A stretch of DNA of 64,000 bases from Acidimicrobiales bacterium (GTDB lineage: Bacteria > Actinomycetota > Acidimicrobiia > Acidimicrobiales > Acidimicrobilacustridaceae), in NCBI GenBank assembly GCA_041688815.1, contig JBDNHK010000023.1, positions 5,069 to 69,068 of the forward strand. Reading direction: 5' to 3'. Positions within the stretch are counted from its first letter, which is position 1. Every line of letters starts with the position of its first letter. The notes below the pieces were generated by a model. It worked only from the letters and a program-made list of their open reading frames with translations. It ran no database searches and was not told where the DNA came from. Positions 8,737-17,758 of this stretch are shown here, piece after piece. The translations under genes and the position numbers were made by a program.

Positions 8737-10128
8737 ATGGACGACTCAGGGGGACAGTGGCCGCCTGAAGGACGGGTCATCGGCACCTTGGACGCCACGC
8801 CCCTCGGGTTCTGGGTGGCGGTGGCCGACGGGTCGTTTCTCGAGCTCGACGACGTCGTGGCCTGCGAGCGGGTGCTCCCCGACGGTAGGGCGGTTCGCAT
8901 CTCGGGGGTGGTGGGCCAGGTTCGGGCCCGACACGAGGGCGCTCGTTTCGACAGCGACGTCTTCCTGGTGGCCGACGGGGTGCTGCCGGCCGAGGTGGGC
9001 GAGGCCGCCATGGTGCAGACCACCCGCTTCGAACCCGAGATCTTCGTCCCCCCGCTCCCGGGCACGGCCGTGGCCAAGGCCACCGGCACCGATCGCGACC
9101 ATGCCCTGTTCTTCGACGGCATGGATCGGATGCTGCCGGCGGGGCTGTCGCGTGACGACGAGCCCTTCTTCGTCAACGTCGACTTCCTCGACGGCACCCG
9201 GGGTGCGCACGTCAACATCAGCGGTATCTCCGCTGTGGCCACCAAGACCACCTACGCCACGTTCCTGTTCGCCGACTCCGAGGACGACCGGGCCCAGTAC
9301 ACGCTCGTCGTCCACAACGTCGCCGCTCGCCTGGCCCACGACGCCGTTGCGATGGGCGACGGCGCGGTGCGCATCGACGCCACGGTGGTGCGCACCTTCC
9401 GTGAGCTGGTCGAGGTCATCCACGCCAAGCTCGACGACGACCTCGAGGTCGAGCGGTGGGCGGGTCGGGCCGTCGGGCAGGGCACCATCAACGCCTTCAT
9501 CTGCCGACTCAACGGCGCCGTGCGCCACATCGAGCACCTGGTGCGCGGCGACGTCCCCGAGCCCGATCGCCACCGCATCCGCGACGACGCCCAGGTCACG
9601 GTGGTCGACCTGCACAACCTCAACGACCGGGCCAAGCGCTTCGTCGTGGGCGTGGTGCTGCGCACGCAGTTCGAGGCCAAGGAACGGTCGGGGGTCGCCC
9701 ACCCGTTGCAGTTCGTGGTGCTCGACGAGCTCAACAAGTACGCGCCCCGCGAGGGGTGGAGCCCCATCAAGGAGATCCTCCTCGACGTGGCCGAACGGGG
9801 CCGGTCGCTCGGCATCATCCTCATCGGCGCACAACAGACGGCCAGCGAGGTCGAGCGGCGCATCGTGGCCAACTCCGCCATCCGGGTCGTGGGACGGCTC
9901 GATCCGGCCGAGGCGGCGAGAGGCGAGTACGGCTTCCTGCCGCCGGCCCAGCGCCAGCGGGCCACGATCCTCGAGCCCGGCACCATGGTCGTGGCCCAGC
10001 CCGAGCTGCCGGTGCCGCTGATGGTGCAGTTCCCGTTCCCGGCGTGGGCCACCCGAGCCAGCGAGGCCGGCGCCAACTCGTCGGCGAGCACGCAGCCCGA
10101 CGATCCCTTCGCGGGGATGCCGACGTGA
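8737..10128 (+). CDS. herA: HerA-like (FtsK/HerA superfamily) ATPase, apparently internally deleted
   Basis: N-terminal HAS-barrel-like region, AHVNISGISAVATKT Walker A region, VVLDELNKYAP Walker B, AERGRSLG arginine finger, GAQQ sensor. Confidence 0.8.
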   Translation: MDDSGGQWPPEGRVIGTLDATPLGFWVAVADGSFLELDDVVACERVLPDGRAVRISGVVGQVRARHEGARFDSDVFLVADGVLPAEVGEAAMVQTTRFEPEIFVPPLPGTAVAKATGTDRDHALFFDGMDRMLPAGLSRDDEPFFVNVDFLDGTRGAHVNISGISAVATKTTYATFLFADSEDDRAQYTLVVHNVAARLAHDAVAMGDGAVRIDATVVRTFRELVEVIHAKLDDDLEVERWAGRAVGQGTINAFICRLNGAVRHIEHLVRGDVPEPDRHRIRDDAQVTVVDLHNLNDRAKRFVVGVVLRTQFEAKERSGVAHPLQFVVLDELNKYAPREGWSPIKEILLDVAERGRSLGIILIGAQQTASEVERRIVANSAIRVVGRLDPAEAARGEYGFLPPAQRQRATILEPGTMVVAQPELPVPLMVQFPFPAWATRASEAGANSSASTQPDDPFAGMPT

Positions 10129-10144
10129 TCGTGAGCCCCGGGAG

Positions 10145-11317
10145 GTGAGGCTGCTGCACACCGCCGACTGGCACGTCGGCAAGACCGTTCGTGGGCGGTC
10201 GCGGTTCACCGAGCACGAGGCGGTGCTGGCCGATCTGGTGCGGGTGGCCGACGACGAAGCGGTCGACATGGTGCTGGTGGTCGGCGACCTCTTCGACACC
10301 GCAGCCTCGCCCCCCGAGGCCGAGCGCATCGTCTACCGCACCCTGCTCGACCTGGCCCACGATGGTCGGCCGGTCATCGTCGTGTCCGGAAACCACGACA
10401 ACCCCCGGCGGCTCGCGGCGGTGGCGCCGCTGTTCGAGCAGGCCGACGTGCGGGTGCACACCACGGTCGTGCCGCCGGACGAGGGTGGGGTCATCGCCCT
10501 CGAGGCCGGCGGCGTCCCTGTTCGCCTGGCCCTGCTGCCCTTCGTGTCGCAGCGTCACGTCGTGGGGGTCGACGAGCTCCTCGGCGCGGCCGCCGACCAG
10601 CACGCCCTCCAGTACGCCGACCGGATGCGGCGGATCCTCGAGGCGCTGGCGACGGGCTTTGCGCCCCACACCGTCAACATCGTGGTCGCCCACGCCATGG
10701 TGGTCGGCGGGGTGATGGGCGGCGGCGAGCGCAACGCCCACACGGTGTTCGAGTACGCAGTGCCCGCCACCGCCTTTCCGGCGTCGGCCCACTACGTGGC
10801 GCTGGGCCACCTGCACCGGGGGCAGAAGATCGCCGGACCCTGCCCGATCTGGTACCCGGGTTCACCGCTGGCCCTCGACTTCGGGGAGCAGCACGACGTG
10901 AAGGGCGCTCTCCTGGTGGAGGCCCTTCCTCGCACTCCGGCCCGGGTCGAACCGGTTCCGCTGTCGGGAGGGCGCGCCTTTCGGACGGTCGCGGGCACGG
11001 TGGAGCAACTGGTGGCCCAGGTGAAGCCCGGCGACGACGCCTTCGTGCGGGTGGTGGTCCGAGAGTCGGCGCGAGTGGGCCTGGCCGACGAGGTGCGCGC
11101 GCTTTTCCCCGAGGCGGTCGACATCCGGGTCGAGCCCACCGATCGCGATGCCGCGGTCCTCGACGTCGGACTCGGGGCCGAGCCCGTCACAGCCCGCGAC
11201 CAGTTCGCCGGCTATCTGTCGTCGAGAGACATCGACGACGAGCGGCTGGTGGCGCTGTTCGACGAGCTCCACGACGAAGCCGCCCCGTTCGACCCGGAGG
11301 CGATCGATGCGCCCTGA
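10145..11317 (+). CDS. sbcD: Mre11/SbcD nuclease
   Basis: HTADWHVGK, GDLFD, GNHD, AHA, LGHLH, YPGSP metallophosphoesterase motifs; GGAG RBS. Confidence 0.95.
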   Translation: MRLLHTADWHVGKTVRGRSRFTEHEAVLADLVRVADDEAVDMVLVVGDLFDTAASPPEAERIVYRTLLDLAHDGRPVIVVSGNHDNPRRLAAVAPLFEQADVRVHTTVVPPDEGGVIALEAGGVPVRLALLPFVSQRHVVGVDELLGAAADQHALQYADRMRRILEALATGFAPHTVNIVVAHAMVVGGVMGGGERNAHTVFEYAVPATAFPASAHYVALGHLHRGQKIAGPCPIWYPGSPLALDFGEQHDVKGALLVEALPRTPARVEPVPLSGGRAFRTVAGTVEQLVAQVKPGDDAFVRVVVRESARVGLADEVRALFPEAVDIRVEPTDRDAAVLDVGLGAEPVTARDQFAGYLSSRDIDDERLVALFDELHDEAAPFDPEAIDAP

Positions 11318-13706
11318 ACGGCTCGAGCTCCAGGGCTTCACCGCCTTCCGGGAGCCAGTGACGATCGATTTCGAGGGTGCGGATCTCTTCGCGTTGTCTG
11401 GCCCCACCGGTGCCGGGAAGTCGAGCATCATCGACGCCATCTGCTTCGTCCTCTACGGCGTGGTGCCCCGCTACGACGATCGCCGCCTGGTGGCTCCCGT
11501 CATCAGCCAGGGCCGGGTGGAGGCGCGGGTCGGTCTCGACTTCGCGGTGGCTGACGCCCACTACCGCGCCGTGCGGGTGGTGCGGGCCACGGCCACCGGG
11601 GCCACCACCAAGGAGGCCCGCCTGGTCCGCTGCCTCCCCGACGGCGAGGAGGTGTTGGCGGGTACGGCCGATGAGCTCACCGAAGCCGTCACGCGCCTGC
11701 TCGGGCTCACCTACGAGCACTTCACCACCTGCGTGGTGCTGCCACAGGGCGACTTCGCTCAGTTCCTGCAGGCCAAGCCGAAGGAGCGCCAGAAGCTGCT
11801 CGTCGAGTTGCTCGACCTCGGGTTGTACGAGCGGATCCGGGTCCTGGCCCGCACTCGCGAGGCTTTGGCTGACGGCGCCCGGGCCGAGGTCGAGCACCAG
11901 CTCGCCGACGCACGCGTCCTCGCCGATCCAGAGGTGTCGATAGCGCTCGGTGCTCGCATCTCGGCGCTCGACGAGCTGGTCGAGCGCATCGACCTCGACC
12001 AGGAGCGCCTCGACGAGCTGCGAGCGGTCGTCGACCTCGAGACCGCCACCGCCCGACAGACCACGGGCGAGGCGGAGCGCCTCGGCGCAGTGGCCCGGCC
12101 CGATGGTGTGGACGACCTCGCCGTCGCCTTGATTGCCGCACGTGACGAGCTCGTGGCCGCCAACACCGGCGACGATGCGGCCGCCGCGGCTCTCGAAGCA
12201 GTCGAGACGATGCTCTCCGAGCTGCCGTCATCAGCCGAGCTCGCCGCCGTCGGTCAGGCTCAGACCGATCTCGCCCAGCAACGGGAGCGTCAGGTCAAGG
12301 GGGAGACAATGGTCGGCGATCGGGCCGACGCCGTGCGCGGGGCTCGCGCCGCCACGGCCGGGGCCGAGGCGGCAGTGGTCGCCGCTGAGTCGGCTCTCGA
12401 CATCGCTCGGCGGGACGCTCTCGTCGCCGAGGTCTCGTCGGAGCTGGAGCGCGGCGACACCTGTCCGGTGTGTGGCGCCGAGGTCGACGAGCTGGCCGTG
12501 CATCCGGACGGCGACGCACTGGTCGACGCCCGCCGCCACCTCGACGACGTGAAGAGCGTCCAAGAGGACGCTCGCACGGCGTGGGCCCGCGCCGAGAGCG
12601 AACTGACCCGCCTCGAGGAGAAGCTGGCCGAGGTGGTGGCGGCAGTGAACCGGCTCACTGCTGAGCTGGAGGGAGTGCCACCGATCGAGGTCCTCGACGC
12701 CAGGAGGGCCGAGGTCGCCGCGGTCACCGGCGCTGTCGACGCCGCCAAGCAAGCGGTGAAGGACGGTCGGATCCGACGTCGTGCCGCCGAGGCCGCGGAA
12801 CGGGCGGCGTCCGGGGCCGAACAGCACGCCCGGGTGGCTTTCGAGACAGAGCGTGACCAGGTGGCGGTGCTCGGTCCGCCGTCGCCGGGCCGGGTCGACC
12901 TCGCGACCGACTGGGACAACTTCGTGGCCTGGGCGGCCGGCGAGCGGCCGGCCCGACTCGAACGGGTCCGGATCGCTTCGGCCGCGACCCGCACTGCGGC
13001 TGCGGAGGCCGAGGCCATCCACGCGGCGGTGGTGGCGGCGTGCGCCGAGGCCGGTGTCGAGATCGGCGACCGGGTGGCCCGAGATGCGCTGGTCGATCAG
13101 CGGGCTGGGCTGGTGGCCGACCGCGACCGTCGCCACGAGGCGGCCGCCACCCTGGTCGGGCTCGAGACCGGCCACGCGTCGCGCGCCCAGGATCAGCAGG
13201 TCGCTCACGAGCTGGCTCGCCATCTCTCGGCCAACGGTTTCGAGAAGTGGGTGCTCGATGCCGCCCTGAGGCATCTGGTGGCGGGGGCGACCGGTGTGCT
13301 GCATGCCCTGTCCAACGGCACCTACTCGCTCACCCTCGACCCCAAGACCTCCAACTTCTGGGTGATCGACCACGCCAATGCCGACGCCGTGCGTTCGGCC
13401 CGCACCCTCTCGGGTGGCGAGACCTTCCTCGCCTCGCTGGCCCTGGCGTTGGCTCTCGCCGACGAGGTCGCCCATCTGGGTGTCGGTGGGGCCACCCGCC
13501 TCGAGTCGATGTTCCTCGACGAGGGGTTCGGCACCCTCGATGCCGACACCCTCGACACCGTGGCCGGCGCCCTCGAGGACCTCGGAGCCCAGGGCCGCAC
13601 GGTGGGCCTGGTCACCCACGTGGCCGAGCTGGCCGAGCGGATGCCGGTGCGCTTCGCCGTCACGAAGACCGTGTCGGGCTCGTCCGTCGAGCGGATCGAC
13701 CGGTAG
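11307..13706 (+). CDS. sbcC: Rad50/SbcC SMC-like ATPase
   Basis: GPTGAGKSS, LPQGDFA Q-loop, CPVC zinc hook, LSGGE signature, FLDEGFG, VTH; overlaps sbcD by 11 nt. Confidence 0.95.
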   Translation: MRPERLELQGFTAFREPVTIDFEGADLFALSGPTGAGKSSIIDAICFVLYGVVPRYDDRRLVAPVISQGRVEARVGLDFAVADAHYRAVRVVRATATGATTKEARLVRCLPDGEEVLAGTADELTEAVTRLLGLTYEHFTTCVVLPQGDFAQFLQAKPKERQKLLVELLDLGLYERIRVLARTREALADGARAEVEHQLADARVLADPEVSIALGARISALDELVERIDLDQERLDELRAVVDLETATARQTTGEAERLGAVARPDGVDDLAVALIAARDELVAANTGDDAAAAALEAVETMLSELPSSAELAAVGQAQTDLAQQRERQVKGETMVGDRADAVRGARAATAGAEAAVVAAESALDIARRDALVAEVSSELERGDTCPVCGAEVDELAVHPDGDALVDARRHLDDVKSVQEDARTAWARAESELTRLEEKLAEVVAAVNRLTAELEGVPPIEVLDARRAEVAAVTGAVDAAKQAVKDGRIRRRAAEAAERAASGAEQHARVAFETERDQVAVLGPPSPGRVDLATDWDNFVAWAAGERPARLERVRIASAATRTAAAEAEAIHAAVVAACAEAGVEIGDRVARDALVDQRAGLVADRDRRHEAAATLVGLETGHASRAQDQQVAHELARHLSANGFEKWVLDAALRHLVAGATGVLHALSNGTYSLTLDPKTSNFWVIDHANADAVRSARTLSGGETFLASLALALALADEVAHLGVGGATRLESMFLDEGFGTLDADTLDTVAGALEDLGAQGRTVGLVTHVAELAERMPVRFAVTKTVSGSSVERIDR

Positions 13707-13718
13707 GGGTCGGGGCCG

Positions 13719-14407
13719 ATGCGGTTCGCCGTCGAGTCGTGGTCACCAGAGTACGGCAGTCCCACCGAGTCGATGGGGCTCACCGGCAGCTCGGGCCCGG
13801 TCGATCCGTGGGTCGAGTCCGATGTCGGGGACTGGGCGCCACGGGTCCCTGATCCCGCCGCTGAGCCGTTCGCCTCGGTGGCCTTCGTCGACGGCGTGCG
13901 TCGGGTCGAGGCCAACGTCTTCATCACCGGGACCGATGGTCCCTTGCGACTGGGCCTGCACCGCCCCGGATTCATCGGCTACGTGAAGACCCACCATGCC
14001 GCCTACGGGCCTCCCCTCGTGCGTGACATCGTCACCAGACTGGGATGCGGCGAACGCACTCCGCTCCTGCTGCTCGGCGGTCCCGTTCCCCGCTTCAGCT
14101 GATACCTGCGTCTTCCTTGTTCGGTGGCCCACGGGTGGGACGGCATCGTGCGCCTCGAAGCGGCCGCCGACACTGCCGTCGCCGCAGCCGTGGTGCTCGC
14201 GGACCGGGTGGCGTGCACCCTGGCGCGTTTTGCGTCGGTCCCGCACAAGGATCCCGTGCCCCGCAGAACCTCGTACCCATCGGTGGTCTCGAACGAGACC
14301 TGCGCCACCGTCTCGGTGACCCTCAGCTCCTGTTGCGATCCCTTCGCCTCGCCGCCGTGACCACGCCCAGGGAAGGCCCGGGTCCGGCCGGTAGCGTGCC
14401 GACGTGA
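13719..14407 (+). pseudogene. nurA: NurA-like nuclease with premature stop, frameshift and probable internal deletion
   Basis: AFVDGVRR, DGPL, GYVKTH, L..GERTP, RFS*YLRLP (TGA 14100-14102), frameshift near 14256 before APQNLVPIGGLERDLRHRLGD. Confidence 0.75.
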
Positions 14408-15360
14408 CCGATGCCGCCATCGAAACCACCGCCCTGCGCCGATCCTTCGGCGACCTCGAGGCCGTCGCCGGCGTCGACCTCTCGGTGGCCCGGGGCGAGA
14501 TCTACGGCTTCCTAGGCCCCAACGGCGCCGGGAAGTCCACGATGGTGAGGATCCTGTGCACCCTCATCACCCCCACGTCGGGTTCGGCGATCGTGGCCGG
14601 GCACGACGTGGTCACCGACCCCACCGGTGTCCGCCTCCGGATCGGCGCGGCGTTGCAGGGCACGGCCATCGATCCGAAGCTCACTGGGCGCGAGACCTTG
14701 CTCTTGCAGGGCCGCTACTACGGCATGAGCAAGGACGCCATCGCCGCTCGGATGGCCGAGGTCCTGACCCTGGTCGACATCGGTGACGCCATCGACCGTC
14801 GGGTGGGCACCTACTCGGGGGGCATGGGCCGCCGCCTCGATCTGGCCACCTCGCTCATGCACCGTCCCGAGGTGCTGTTCCTCGACGAGCCCACCACGGG
14901 GCTCGACCCGGCCAGCCGCACCCGGGTGTGGGAAGAGGTCCGCCGACTCAACACCGAGCTGGGCATGACCATCTTCCTCACCACCCAGTACCTCGAGGAG
15001 GCCGACGAACTGGCCGATCGGGTGGGGATCATCAACGAGGGCCGCATCGTGGCCGAAGGCCCCCCCGACGAGCTCAAGCGGGGGATCGGCAACGACGTGA
15101 TCGTCGTCCGGGTGACCTCGCACGACGGGGCCGAGACCGCTCGCGCCGTGGTGGCCGCGCTGCCAGGTGTGGCGTCGGTCGAGGTGCGGGGCGACTCGCT
15201 GGTGGTCTCCGCCCCCGACGGCGCGGCCACGGTGTCACCGGTTGCCGTTGCCCTCAATGGCTGCGGCGTCGGGGTGGTCGACCTGATGTTGCGCACTCCG
15301 ACGCTCGATGACGTGTTCCTCGAACTGACCGGCGCCCACATCCAGGGAGATGACCAATGA
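14404..15360 (+). CDS. ABC transporter ATP-binding protein (DrrA-like)
   Basis: GPNGAGKS, YSGGM, LFLDEPTTGLD, LTTQYLEEAD. Confidence 0.95.
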   Translation: MTDAAIETTALRRSFGDLEAVAGVDLSVARGEIYGFLGPNGAGKSTMVRILCTLITPTSGSAIVAGHDVVTDPTGVRLRIGAALQGTAIDPKLTGRETLLLQGRYYGMSKDAIAARMAEVLTLVDIGDAIDRRVGTYSGGMGRRLDLATSLMHRPEVLFLDEPTTGLDPASRTRVWEEVRRLNTELGMTIFLTTQYLEEADELADRVGIINEGRIVAEGPPDELKRGIGNDVIVVRVTSHDGAETARAVVAALPGVASVEVRGDSLVVSAPDGAATVSPVAVALNGCGVGVVDLMLRTPTLDDVFLELTGAHIQGDDQ

Positions 15361-16166
15361 CCGCCGTCAACGCTCCCGCCGACGCAGAGCGCCTCGCCCA
15401 GCCGGCCGGGTTCATGCACGACCTCACGTCGGTGGCCATCCGGGCGCTCAAGCTCATCCCGCGCGACCCCGCCGGCGTCATCCCGGCGCTGGTGGTGCCG
15501 TTGTTCTTCTTCGTGGTGAACGTGGGCTCACTGCAGAACGTGGCCGAGGGCGCCTCACCGGGCTTCGACTTCAAGGCGTTCCAGTTGCCGGTGGCCATCG
15601 TGTTCGCCGTCACCGGGGTCTCTCGAGCCTCGAACCTGGTGACCGACATCCAGGACGGCTACTTCGACCGTCTCCTCATGACCCCGATGAGCCGGGTCGC
15701 CCTCCTGCTCGGGTTGATGGTCGCCGACTTCGCCCTGGTGATCGCGTTGTGCATCCCGGTCGTCCTCCTGGGCCTGGCGGTGGGTGTCGACGTGGCCACC
15801 GGACCTCTGGGCCTGCTCTTGTTCCTGTTGCTCGCCGGCGCCTGGGGTGTGGCCTTCACCGGCTTCCCCTACGCCATCGCCCTGAAGACCGGCAGCCCGG
15901 CCGCCGTGAACTCCAGTTTCATCTTGTTCTTCCCGTTCGCGTTCCTCACCACCGCCTTCCTTCCCCAGGAGGCGCTCACGGGATGGCTCTCGTCGATCGC
16001 CGACTACAACCCCGTCACCTACCTGCTCGCCGGGCTGCGCTCCTTGTTGATGGAAGGGTGGGCCGGCTCGTCGTTGCTGAAGGCCGCGCTGGCGATCGCC
16101 GTGGTGGGGGCGGTGAGCTTCACGTTGGCCTTCACCGCGCTACGCGGGCGGGTGCGGCGGGGCTGA
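15357..16166 (+). CDS. ABC-2 type permease (DrrB-like)
   Basis: Six-TM pattern, DGYFDRLLMTP, YNPVTY; ATGA overlap with the ATPase. Confidence 0.92.
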   Translation: MTAVNAPADAERLAQPAGFMHDLTSVAIRALKLIPRDPAGVIPALVVPLFFFVVNVGSLQNVAEGASPGFDFKAFQLPVAIVFAVTGVSRASNLVTDIQDGYFDRLLMTPMSRVALLLGLMVADFALVIALCIPVVLLGLAVGVDVATGPLGLLLFLLLAGAWGVAFTGFPYAIALKTGSPAAVNSSFILFFPFAFLTTAFLPQEALTGWLSSIADYNPVTYLLAGLRSLLMEGWAGSSLLKAALAIAVVGAVSFTLAFTALRGRVRRG

Positions 16167-16188
16167 GCGTCTCGCGTCGCGGCTTGCG

Positions 16189-17025
16189 TCAGGTGGGCTC
16201 GGTCACGAAGTCGATGAGTTGCTCGACGGCACCGACCAGCGGAGCTTCGAGGTCGGCGTAGGTGGAGATGGAGCCCAGGATCTGCGCCCAGAAGCGACGG
16301 GGGTCGTCGACGCCGAGGGCGGTGCAGACGCCGTCTTTCCACGGTTGACCCTTGGGAACGTCGGGCCAGGCCGGGATGCCCACCGCCTTGGGCTTCACGG
16401 CGGCCCAGATGTCGACGTAGGGGTGCCCGGTGACGAGCACGTCGGGATGATCGATCCCGGCCGCCAGTCGGCTCTCCTTGGAGTCGGTGACGAGGTGATC
16501 GAGCAGGATCCCGAGGCGCCGACGCGGGCGGGGGCCGAATTCTCTGACCACCTCGCCGAGGTGGTCAGCCCCGTCGAGCAGCTCGACGACCACCCCTTCG
16601 ACCCGGAGATCGTCTCCCCAGACCTTCTCGACCAGTTCGGCGTCGTGGCGCCCCTCGACAAGGATACGACTCGCTCGTGCCACCCGGGCCACGGCGCCGG
16701 GTACGGCCACCGAGCCCGACGCGGTTCGCGCCGCGGCTGCGGGTGCCGCCCGAGGGGCCACCAGCGACACCCGTTCGGATCCGATGGCGAAGGCCCCGTC
16801 GACCAGCCGCACCGGCCGATCGCGACCCTCGTCGTCCCGCACCACCACCATGCCCTTGGCGCAGCTCACGACGACGCCGCTCAGCCGGGTGGCGCGCACC
16901 GTGACCCGGAGACCCGGGGTGGCCTCTACCCGCCGCGGCGGCTTGGGCACGCGGTTGGCGCTGCCGTCGAGGTCGAGCGGTCCGGAAAGAATGCCCCGGA
17001 GGTAGGGGCGGTCGTCCGGCGTCAC
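16189..17025 (-). CDS. DUF3097-family protein (TOPRIM-like C-terminus)
   Basis: RILVEGRHDAELVEKVWGDDLRVEGVVVE, GILLDHLV, GHPYVDIW. Confidence 0.85.
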   Translation of the reverse strand: MTPDDRPYLRGILSGPLDLDGSANRVPKPPRRVEATPGLRVTVRATRLSGVVVSCAKGMVVVRDDEGRDRPVRLVDGAFAIGSERVSLVAPRAAPAAAARTASGSVAVPGAVARVARASRILVEGRHDAELVEKVWGDDLRVEGVVVELLDGADHLGEVVREFGPRPRRRLGILLDHLVTDSKESRLAAGIDHPDVLVTGHPYVDIWAAVKPKAVGIPAWPDVPKGQPWKDGVCTALGVDDPRRFWAQILGSISTYADLEAPLVGAVEQLIDFVTEPT

Positions 17026-17035
17026 ATGCGGCCCA

Positions 17036-17758
17036 TCAGCCGCCGACGAGCTCGCGGATCTTCGCGACGGTGGCGGGGCCGTCGTAGGCCAGCTCGCCGT
17101 CGCGTAGGCCGACGCAGCGGGTGGCGACCGGCACCAGGTCGAGCTGGTGGGTGGAGCACACGATGCTCGCCCCCTGTTCCACCACGTCGCCCAGGATCTC
17201 GACGAGCGTCTCCTGGCCGGGTGTGTCGAGGCCCACGAAGGGTTCGTCGATGAGCATCAGCCGGAAGGGCCGGATGAGGCCCAGGATCAGGCCGGTCTTC
17301 TGCTTCAGGCCCCGGCTGAAACGCGACGGGAGGTCGTCGGAGCGCTCGGCGAGCCCGAACATGTCGAGCAGGTCGTCGGCGTACTCCTCCCACTCGACGG
17401 TGCGGTGCAGGCGGGCCACGAACTCGATGTGTTCCATGAGGCTGAGGTCGTCGTAGAGCACGGGGTTGTCGGGGAGGTAGGACAGGGCGGCGCGGGCCTC
17501 GAGGGTGCCGGCCGCGGCGCCGTGGATGTACGCCGCGCCGGTGCTCGCTTCGAGCATCCCCGATGCCAGGCCCAGGAAGGTGGACTTCCCGGCGCCGTTG
17601 GGGCCGACCAGCATGACGAGCTCGCCGGGGCCCACGCGGAGGTCGAGCTCGGTGAGGCCCATGCCGTCGCCGTAGTCCTTCCCGAGCTCGAAGGTGTGCA
17701 GGGCGAGCGACGTGTCGACGTCGTCGGTGCGGGGTGGTTTGATGTCGAGAAAGCTCAC
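17036..17758 (-). CDS. ABC transporter ATP-binding protein
   Basis: GPNGAGKS, FSRGLKQK, LIDEPFVGLD, STH. Confidence 0.93.
   Translation of the reverse strand: MSFLDIKPPRTDDVDTSLALHTFELGKDYGDGMGLTELDLRVGPGELVMLVGPNGAGKSTFLGLASGMLEASTGAAYIHGAAAGTLEARAALSYLPDNPVLYDDLSLMEHIEFVARLHRTVEWEEYADDLLDMFGLAERSDDLPSRFSRGLKQKTGLILGLIRPFRLMLIDEPFVGLDTPGQETLVEILGDVVEQGASIVCSTHQLDLVPVATRCVGLRDGELAYDGPATVAKIRELVGG

Noticed and set aside
14100-14102. TGA at an expected Trp as a sign of recoding or selenocysteine
   Set aside because: TGA is the ordinary stop in many neighbouring genes, the residue is not Cys-equivalent, and the gene has other lesions.
8737-14407. Calling the HerA locus a known anti-phage system (e.g. 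Sir2-HerA)
   Set aside because: Partners are Mre11, Rad50 and NurA, with no effector of those systems and no defence-island context.
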